Part shown: positions 1-4,537 of the stretch, piece by piece
How positions within the stretch are numbered: position 1 is the first letter of the stretch
Layout: each line of letters opens with the position of its first letter
Origin: a virus
Taxonomy: Duplodnaviria; Heunggongvirae; Uroviricota; Caudoviricetes
Direction: 5' to 3' (one strand)
Virus record (IMG/VR): IMGVR_UViG_2724679058_000010
Length of the DNA stretch: 4,537 nt
The notes under the pieces: generated by a model
The model's database searches: none
Told to the model about the DNA's origin: nothing
Seen by the model: the letters and a program-made list of their open reading frames with translations, nothing else
Made by a program: the position numbers and the translations under genes

Positions 1-33
1 TTTTGAACATTTCAGGCTATTTTTCTCGCGTTA

Positions 34-68
34 GGTTCCCGCACAGGTTCCCACGATTTATGGGAACC
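34..68. promoter_or_regulatory. Perfect inverted repeat GGTTCCCA (46-53) / TGGGAACC (61-68) around a 7-bp spacer CGATTTA, plus a third direct copy of GGTTCCC at 34-40; candidate recombinase core-type site or operator upstream of int
   Basis: Read directly from the sequence. Two 8-bp arms flanking a 7-bp spacer is the geometry of tyrosine-recombinase core sites. It lies 20 bp upstream of the int start codon. No T-run follows on either strand, so it is not a terminator. Confidence 0.4.
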
Positions 69-88
69 CGAAATAACGAGGTCGTGTA

Positions 89-1186
89 ATGGCGTACTAT
101 AACATAGAGAAACGACTAAAATCCGATGGCACACCACGCTATCGCTGTAATGTGATTATCAAAGAAAAAGGTGTTATCACTTACAGGGAAAGCAAAACAT
201 TCCCTAAACATGCCCATGCCAAAACATGGGGTACACAGAAAGTGATGGAATTAGATCTATATGGCATTCCATCATCAAATGCAGTTGACGGACTTACAGT
301 CCGTGACTTACTACACAAATATTTAAATGACCCAAATGCCGGAGGTAAAGCAGGTCGTACTAAAAGATATGTGCTGGAACTGCTTATGGATAGTGACATC
401 TCCGCGATCAAACTATCCGAACTGACAGAAAATGACGTAATTGAACATTGTAGGCTAAGAAACAACGCTGGTGCAGGTCCAGCAACAGTCAGCCACGATG
501 TTAGTTATCTTGGCAGTGTTCTGGATGCGGCCAAACCTGTATACGGAATTAATTACACATCAAACCCGGCGAAAAGCGCTCGTCCATATCTACTTAAACT
601 TGGTTTGATTGGTAAATCAAACCGTCGTAATCGTAGACCAGCATCTGATGAACTGGACATGCTCATTGAAGGCCTTCAACAACGATCTACTCATAAATGC
701 TCAAAAATTCCGTTCGTTGATATCCTCAAATTTTCTGTGTGGTCCTGTATGCGAATCGGAGAAGTATGCCGGTTACGATGGGAAGATCTCGACCAAGAAC
801 AAAAATCTATACTCGTAAGAGACAGGAAAGATCCACGCAAAAAGGAAGGCAACCACATGAAAGTAGCCTTGCTTGGGGAAGCCTGGGATATCGTCCAACG
901 ACAGCCCAAAAAATCGGAATTCATTTTTCCATATAACAGCACTTCTGTTACTGCGGGATTTCAGAGAGTAAGAAGCAAATTAGGTATTAAAGATCTGCGA
1001 TACCATGATTTGCGTAGAGAAGGGGCAAGTCGCTTATTTGAGGCTGGCTTTAGTATTGAGGAAGTCGCCCAAGTTACAGGGCATCGTTCATTAAACGTGC
1101 TATGGCAGGTATATACCGAACTGTATCCGAAATCTTTACATAATCGTTTTGAAGAGCTCCAAAAGAGCAGAAATAAGACCTCTTGA
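89..1186 (+). CDS. int: Tyrosine-type site-specific recombinase / phage integrase
   Basis: 365-aa ORF with a GAGG Shine-Dalgarno at 78-81, 7 nt before the ATG. The C-terminal region has the catalytic-domain pattern of tyrosine recombinases (LRYHDLRREGASRLFEAGFSIEEVAQVTGHRSLNVLWQVYTEL, i.e. HxLR ... GHxS ... Y), most reminiscent by eye of Rci/XerC-type catalytic domains. Which integrase subfamily it belongs to is not resolved. Confidence 0.88.
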   Translation: MAYYNIEKRLKSDGTPRYRCNVIIKEKGVITYRESKTFPKHAHAKTWGTQKVMELDLYGIPSSNAVDGLTVRDLLHKYLNDPNAGGKAGRTKRYVLELLMDSDISAIKLSELTENDVIEHCRLRNNAGAGPATVSHDVSYLGSVLDAAKPVYGINYTSNPAKSARPYLLKLGLIGKSNRRNRRPASDELDMLIEGLQQRSTHKCSKIPFVDILKFSVWSCMRIGEVCRLRWEDLDQEQKSILVRDRKDPRKKEGNHMKVALLGEAWDIVQRQPKKSEFIFPYNSTSVTAGFQRVRSKLGIKDLRYHDLRREGASRLFEAGFSIEEVAQVTGHRSLNVLWQVYTELYPKSLHNRFEELQKSRNKTS

Positions 1187-1212
1187 CACTGTTTATCCAT
1201 ACAGTTAAAAAT
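1183..1212 (+). promoter_or_regulatory. Putative sigma70 promoter for the DinI-like gene, overlapped by a weaker upstream LexA-like box
   Basis: Consensus -35 TTGACA at 1183-1188, overlapping the int stop codon. The -10 is less clear; the best candidate is AAAAAT at 1207-1212 with an 18-bp spacer. A second, weaker CTGT-N8-ACAG motif lies at 1189-1204. Confidence 0.4.
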
Positions 1213-1214
1213 AA

Positions 1215-1234
1215 TACTGTATACAAACACAGTA
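1215..1234 (+). promoter_or_regulatory. LexA (SOS) box TACTGTATACAAACACAGTA
   Basis: Matches the E. coli LexA consensus TACTG(TA)5CAGTA at all positions of both half-sites (TACTGT ... ACAGTA) with an A/T-rich spacer. It sits 14 bp upstream of the start codon of a DinI-family gene, and dinI is a classical LexA-regulated gene. Confidence 0.7.
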
Positions 1235-1247
1235 TAGAGGGACTTTT

Positions 1248-1496
1248 ATGCGTATTGAAATCTGTATAGCCAAAGAAAAAATGACTAAAATGCCAACCGG
1301 TGCTGTGGATGCGTTAAAGGAAGAATTAACCCGACGCATCAGTAAACGTTATGACGATGTAGAGGTGATCGTAAAAGCCACCAGCAACGATGGCCTTTCT
1401 GTTACGCGCACCGCCGATAAAGATTCAGCTAAAACTTTTGTTCAGGAAACTCTGAAAGATACCTGGGAGTCTGCTGACGAGTGGTTTGTTCACTAA
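1248..1496 (+). CDS. dinI: DinI-family protein (DNA-damage-inducible protein I homolog), phage-borne
   Basis: 82-aa ORF beginning [11 protein letters not shown] and ending [16 protein letters not shown], which closely parallels the start and the C-terminal ETWESADDWFV signature of E. coli DinI. Shine-Dalgarno AGAGGGA at 1236-1242, and a LexA box immediately upstream. The gene symbol denotes a homolog, not the chromosomal locus. Confidence 0.85.
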   Translation: MRIEICIAKEKMTKMPTGAVDALKEELTRRISKRYDDVEVIVKATSNDGLSVTRTADKDSAKTFVQETLKDTWESADEWFVH

Positions 1497-1562
1497 TTAG
1501 CACGTAAAATCAGTAACGGCTGGAAATCATTCAATACTCGCACTATCGAAAGTTAACCAGCC

Positions 1563-1610
1563 AGCCGCAGTATCCTATCATGACAAGTTACTGCGGCTTT
1601 TTACTTTTTA
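1563..1610 (+). terminator. Putative intrinsic terminator in the convergent intergenic region
   Basis: Perfect 10-bp stem AGCCGCAGTA (1563-1572) / TACTGCGGCT (1589-1598) followed by TTTTACTTTTT. The 16-nt loop is unusually large for an intrinsic terminator, hence moderate confidence. On the minus strand the stem is preceded by an A-tract but not followed by a T-run, so it would be weak in that direction. Confidence 0.5.
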
Positions 1611-1613
1611 TAT

Positions 1614-1901
1614 TTAACGGATCAACATCCAGATCAGCAGACACGCCACCACCGGCACAGCAAAATCCATCAGGCTTGCCACATCCCACGCGCGCGGATC
1701 AAAACCGCCCCACCACGGCATATTCATTCGCTTGCCATGCCCGAACATTTCAATCCAGCGATATTCTGCCTGGGTGTGTTCACGCGCAATGAAGAACGTA
1801 CAACCGGCTATCGCTCCGTAAGCCCAGTTTCCGGTAAAAAGACCAACCAGTATCTGCGCAGCCACAGCACAAAGTGCATGAAGTAAGGGGCTTATATCCA
1901 T
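1614..1901 (-). CDS. Hypothetical small membrane protein (95 aa, about three predicted transmembrane helices), moron candidate
   Basis: ORF preceded by a near-perfect Shine-Dalgarno AAGGAGG (minus strand, 1905-1911), 3 nt before the ATG. Three hydrophobic stretches (LLHALCAVAAQILVGLF, WAYGAIAGCTFFIA, VASLMDFAVPVVACLLIWMLI). No lipobox. GC-rich relative to its flanks. I do not recognise its family. Confidence 0.7.
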   Translation of the reverse strand: MDISPLLHALCAVAAQILVGLFTGNWAYGAIAGCTFFIAREHTQAEYRWIEMFGHGKRMNMPWWGGFDPRAWDVASLMDFAVPVVACLLIWMLIR

Positions 1902-1913
1902 TATTTCCTCCTT

Positions 1914-2192
1914 TCAGCTCCATTCCCGAAGCGGTGTTTCCAGCTCCACGACATAATCAGAGAATACAGAAACATCAAACAAGTCATCAAGAATGCGAAT
2001 GTTGACAAAATAACCATCATTCCGGATACAGACAGGTTCTCCCTCTTCTGTTACCCCTGTTTCTGTGTAGGTGAAACCAATTTCATCAACTAACAGTTTA
2101 TTCTGGAGGTCTTCATCTTCCGCCCAGCCAAGAGATGACAGGAAGGCCTTAAACTGCAGTTTGTCATGAAACTTCAAAGTTAAATCTTTCAT
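1914..2192 (-). CDS. Hypothetical acidic protein (92 aa), translationally coupled to the tail fiber C-terminal segment; possible fiber chaperone/accessory
   Basis: Its ATG (2192-2190) overlaps the stop of the upstream fiber ORF in an ATGA arrangement. The protein is rich in D/E. It has no obvious resemblance to lambda Tfa, which normally ends with a PDIEWPAVP-type motif. Confidence 0.65.
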   Translation of the reverse strand: MKDLTLKFHDKLQFKAFLSSLGWAEDEDLQNKLLVDEIGFTYTETGVTEEGEPVCIRNDGYFVNIRILDDLFDVSVFSDYVVELETPLREWS

Positions 2193-3391
2193 ACGACCTC
2201 TTTTAATTGCCTGTCATTTAATTCTTTATGCCATATGCGGAAATTGCGAATATGGCCAAACAGATGTCGTTCTCCAGTATTCGTCTGCCCTCCAAATCGG
2301 ATATTTTTATCAGCGGTCACGCCATTATATTCACAATAAACTTCATTAACCGCTTTACCATTTGTCACCACATGAAAGTGACCATCAGCTTTTGCAATAC
2401 ATCCAAATGTGGTTTTCTCTGTAAATACATCTGTCGCTGCGCTATTAACATACGAGCCTGAAGGGTTTGACAGACTCATATATAACTTACCACTACCTCT
2501 GTTGATTGCTGCAATTGCTGATTGCCCGGTATTGGCTGCTGCTATATCCCACACGCGGGGTGCGGCGTTTGGTGCAATATCCCAGTTTTTATGAATCTCA
2601 AGTAAAAAAGTAAATGGTAACTTATAAAGATTATTTCTGGTGGGGATACTAACCAAATCACTGGCTCTTGTCGTTGCGCTGCCTCCTGAAATAATAAATG
2701 ATGATACACACGGCCCATTCTCTACTTGTGGGGTGGCAAGATAAATATAGTCACCAGATACTGTTGCCCCACCCTGCTCAGGAGAATACTGTATCTGAGA
2801 GCCTATTTTTAACTCACCATCAATTGCCTGAATCGTTGCCTCTGCAAAAATCCAGCCCGTGGTCTTATCCTTCCTGACTCGTGCCGTAATTCTGCCGGCA
2901 GCACCACCTGTCATATTAATTTCAAGCGTTTGCGTATCAATGTACGCATCGCCAAGAAAAGTTGTTGCACTACCATCATACTTATCAAACCGTATACGTA
3001 ACCTTACCTGTCGTTCTGTTTTAAAACGGCATGAGGTTGTCACGTACTTGTTATCGCCTGAGACATCAACTGACTTTGTTGCAGCAATTGATGCCATATT
3101 AATAGCCGAAGTTTGCCCAACCAGAGAATCGTTGCAGACAAACTTTCCATAAGTAAAACCAAAACTATCCGTCCCGGTTTCGGGCACATCCATGTTTGAT
3201 GACTTCCCCCAGCTGGCTGGACTTTCCGAATTGAGCATGTAGTTCGTTCTTTGTCCCTCAATAAGCAGGCCATCACACTCAAATCGCGGCTCATTAATTT
3301 CCGCCGTTTTCAGTTCGCCAGATTTGTTGATATATGTTGCCGTTGATGCGCGACTGAAATTAACCTGTTTATCACTGGCGACCTGAACCAC
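2189..3391 (-). CDS. Side tail fiber, C-terminal (receptor-binding) segment, with a probable LamG/ConA-like lectin-fold domain at the extreme C-terminus
   Basis: 400-aa ORF. Its frame is open upstream to 3412 (KIAIGDDVV...), and the nearest start is a GTG at 3391 with no convincing Shine-Dalgarno, consistent with a frameshifted continuation of the upstream fiber rather than an independent gene. The C-terminal tail (NIRFGGQTNTGERHLFGHIRNFRIWHKELNDRQLKE) follows the typical LamG closing pattern (F-G-x-I-D-E-V-R-I-Y-N-R-A-L-S-x-x-E-I). Confidence 0.75.
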   Translation of the reverse strand: MVQVASDKQVNFSRASTATYINKSGELKTAEINEPRFECDGLLIEGQRTNYMLNSESPASWGKSSNMDVPETGTDSFGFTYGKFVCNDSLVGQTSAINMASIAATKSVDVSGDNKYVTTSCRFKTERQVRLRIRFDKYDGSATTFLGDAYIDTQTLEINMTGGAAGRITARVRKDKTTGWIFAEATIQAIDGELKIGSQIQYSPEQGGATVSGDYIYLATPQVENGPCVSSFIISGGSATTRASDLVSIPTRNNLYKLPFTFLLEIHKNWDIAPNAAPRVWDIAAANTGQSAIAAINRGSGKLYMSLSNPSGSYVNSAATDVFTEKTTFGCIAKADGHFHVVTNGKAVNEVYCEYNGVTADKNIRFGGQTNTGERHLFGHIRNFRIWHKELNDRQLKEVV

Positions 3392-3405
3392 ATCGTCACC
3401 AATAG

Positions 3406-4251
3406 CTATTTTTTATAGCCCGGAGAAAAACCCGCAATCATATCCAGTGAATCGTTAAACGGTATCCACACATCAGGCAGCGGCGGCACTATATTCGCAT
3501 AGGGCTCTGCAGTCACTTCCGCTGCGGCTTCTGCGCGGTCTGCCGCCTTTTCAGCTCGTGTCGCTGCCGACAGAGCCTCATCCTTTTTCTGCCCGGCCTT
3601 TGTTGCGTCTGCTGCAGCCTCCCGCGCTTTTGTGGTGGCGACTCCGGCATTTTCAGCGGCTGACTCTGCATTACGGCGGGAAGCCTCTTCACTGTCTGCG
3701 GAGGCTTCTTCTGACGCACGGGCATTTGTCTCTGAACGTTCTGCCGCTGTTGCTGCGTTTTGTGCGGCTGTTTTTGAAGAAGCTGCCGCTTTCGCGCTGT
3801 TACCTGCATTCGTCTCTGATGTTTTCGCCGCGTTCCTGGACGATGCCGCTGCTGTTTCTGATTTCTTTGCTGCCGCTGCGCTCTGAGAGGCGGCTTCAGC
3901 GTTGCGTGCCACATCCTCCACCATTACCTCAAAACGACGCAATGCCTCCGGCATGACATCCTCTTCCGTCATGGCACCCAGAAAATCATTCAGCGTCCCC
4001 GGCTTAGAATCCTCATACACGGTGATGGTCCCGGCATGTGAAGGCGGAAAACCTTCAACCAGCAGGATAACGCTGTACTGGCCATACTCGACATCCATGC
4101 TGTAACGTCCGGCTTCATCCGGATTTTCTGAGGCCACCGTGTTCACCACAACCGTGGTGCTGTTACGTTTTGCTTTGAGCTGAATGGTGCAGTTCTGTAT
4201 CGGTTTTCCTGCACCGTCTTTCAGCACACCTGAGATTTTTACTGCTGCCAT
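3406..4251 (-). CDS. stf: Side tail fiber protein, N-terminal anchor domain plus Ala-rich shaft (lambda Stf-like)
   Basis: The translation from the ATG at 4251 (MAAVKISGVLKDGAGKPIQNCTIQLKAKRNSTTVVVNTV...EAGRYSMDVEYGQYSVIL...FPPSHAGTITVYEDS.PGTLNDFL) is nearly collinear with the lambda Stf N-terminus. It is followed by the Ala/Ser/Thr/Glu-rich shaft (AAKTSETNA..., AAERSETNARASE) also found in lambda Stf. The ORF track starts at a GTG at 4257 (MDM...), but the ATG at 4251 is preferred because it has a GGAG Shine-Dalgarno 5 nt upstream and matches the lambda start. Confidence 0.9.
   Translation of the reverse strand: MAAVKISGVLKDGAGKPIQNCTIQLKAKRNSTTVVVNTVASENPDEAGRYSMDVEYGQYSVILLVEGFPPSHAGTITVYEDSKPGTLNDFLGAMTEEDVMPEALRRFEVMVEDVARNAEAASQSAAAAKKSETAAASSRNAAKTSETNAGNSAKAAASSKTAAQNAATAAERSETNARASEEASADSEEASRRNAESAAENAGVATTKAREAAADATKAGQKKDEALSAATRAEKAADRAEAAAEVTAEPYANIVPPLPDVWIPFNDSLDMIAGFSPGYKK
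3409..3414 (-). other. A6 homopolymer (T6 on plus strand) at the frame junction between the two tail-fiber segments
   Basis: Minus strand reads CCG GGC TAT AAA AAA TAG. The downstream frame is offset by -1, so one extra A would fuse the two ORFs. Confidence 0.6.
3486..3900 (-). repeat. Low-complexity Ala/Ser/Glu/Thr-rich coding repeat region (fiber shaft)
   Basis: Protein-level repetition of AAxxSETNA / AAxxAxxAA units. The GCN-rich DNA produces long spurious ORFs in other frames and on the opposite strand. Confidence 0.6.
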
Positions 4252-4262
4252 ATCCACTCCAC

Positions 4263-4289
4263 AAAAAAGCCCGCCTGAACCGGCGGGCT
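4263..4289 (-). terminator. Putative intrinsic terminator downstream of the lom-like gene
   Basis: On the minus strand: 8-bp GC-rich stem AGCCCGCC / GGCGGGCT with a 6-nt loop, followed by TTTTTT (plus-strand A-run at 4263-4268). It lies between the lom stop and the stf ribosome-binding site. Confidence 0.55.
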
Positions 4290-4315
4290 GTCATAACACT
4301 GTGTTACCTGGCTAA

Positions 4316-4537
4316 TCAGAATTTATAACCGACACCCACGATGAAACCGTCAGTGCGCCAGTCACCACTGCCGGAACCTTCATAAGCAAGGTCAATGGCC
4401 ACGGATTCGGTCGGGTTAAACTGCACGCCAGCCCCCCACGCCAGAGACGTGTTGCTGTGGCGACCGTCATCACTTCCGGTCAGCACATCGTGCGTTTTCC
4501 CCTTGTTGTCAGTTACGCGGAGATAATCCCCGGAGAA
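4316..4537 (-). CDS. lom: Lom/Ail/PagC/OmpX-family outer-membrane beta-barrel protein, C-terminal part (gene continues beyond the window)
   Basis: The minus-strand translation from the window edge ends ...ESVAIDLAYEGSGSGDWRTDGFIVGVGYKF with a stop at 4316-4318. The terminal aromatic residue and the EGSGSGDWRTDGF motif are typical of lambda Lom-type barrels. Its position immediately upstream of stf matches the lambda J-lom-stf order. Confidence 0.85.
   Translation of the reverse strand, partial: FSGDYLRVTDNKGKTHDVLTGSDDGRHSNTSLAWGAGVQFNPTESVAIDLAYEGSGSGDWRTDGFIVGVGYKF

Noticed and set aside
46-68. Possible tRNA T-arm or tRNA 3' fragment (integrases often target tRNA genes)
   Set aside because: The 7-nt loop is CGATTTA rather than a TTCRANN-type T-loop, and there is no acceptor stem or CCA context. 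No tRNA-like structure was found anywhere in the window.
181-1230. Five ORFs from the six-frame track (181-465 -, 609-818 +, 691-942 -, 739-936 +, 961-1230 -) overlapping the integrase gene
   Set aside because: All lie inside or antisense to the well-supported 365-aa integrase ORF, have no ribosome-binding sites and no recognisable motifs. They are treated as frame noise.
1378-1385. Chi octamer complement (CCACCAGC, i.e. GCTGGTGG on the minus strand) inside the dinI-like gene
   Set aside because: A single occurrence is expected by chance at enterobacterial Chi density. It is not evidence of a recombination hotspot function.
1580-1792. 70-aa plus-strand ORF starting inside the terminator hairpin loop
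   Set aside because: It is antisense to the 95-aa membrane protein gene, Pro/Ala-rich from reading GC-rich DNA out of frame, and its start sits inside a hairpin, so it is unlikely to be real.
2228-3294. ORFs 2228-2461 +, 2409-2594 +, 2859-3152 + and 3040-3294 - within the fiber C-terminal segment
   Set aside because: They are antisense or alternative-frame overlaps of a 400-aa ORF with a recognisable domain pattern. No independent support.
89-3391. Rci/shufflon-like recombinase driving tail-fiber C-terminus switching by inversion
   Set aside because: It was considered because the recombinase catalytic region resembles Rci-type enzymes and lies near a fiber gene. I found no inverted copies of a crossover site flanking the fiber C-terminal segment and no alternative C-terminal cassettes, and the DinI moron and gene order fit an ordinary integrase better.
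1914-3391. Fiber C-terminal domain plus 92-aa acidic protein as a polymorphic toxin-immunity pair
   Set aside because: The C-terminus follows a LamG/lectin-like pattern rather than any nuclease or toxin motif I can recognise. A chaperone role is more economical, though it is not excluded without a profile search.
3513-4105. ORFs 3513-3914 - (133 aa, extremely Arg/Gln-rich), 3558-3956 +, 3632-3886 + and 3902-4105 + overlapping the fiber N-terminal segment
   Set aside because: These are typical artefacts of the Ala-rich GCN-repeat shaft read in other frames or antisense. The lambda Stf-like frame is clearly the real one.
4139-4156. Short palindrome CACCAC-AACC-GTGGTG within the fiber N-terminal coding region
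   Set aside because: A 6-bp arm palindrome inside conserved coding sequence with no flanking signals is most likely coincidental.
1-4537. CRISPR arrays, rRNA, IS elements or transposases
   Set aside because: No regularly spaced direct repeats, no rRNA-like conserved stretches, and no transposase-like ORFs or terminal inverted repeats were seen on either strand.

Overview
The window reads as the junction of two modules of a lambda-like temperate phage or prophage from an enterobacterial host. Plus strand: a 365-aa tyrosine integrase (89-1186), then an 82-aa DinI-family gene (1248-1496) behind a promoter with a near-consensus LexA/SOS box. Minus strand, converging on them: the 3' end of a Lom/Ail-family outer-membrane protein gene (4316-4537, partial); a lambda Stf-type side tail fiber whose N-terminal anchor and Ala-rich shaft (3406-4251) are separated by a 1-nt frame change at an A6 tract from a 400-aa C-terminal segment (2189-3391) ending in a probable LamG/ConA-like lectin fold; then two small tightly linked genes of unknown function (acidic 92 aa, 1914-2192; three-helix membrane protein 95 aa, 1614-1901). 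No rRNA, tRNA, CRISPR array or transposase is visible. The most interesting points are the split tail fiber, the composition change at that split, the uncharacterised small gene pair in the classic moron position, and a core-site-like palindrome upstream of int. All homology statements come from reading the translations by eye; no database search was run.
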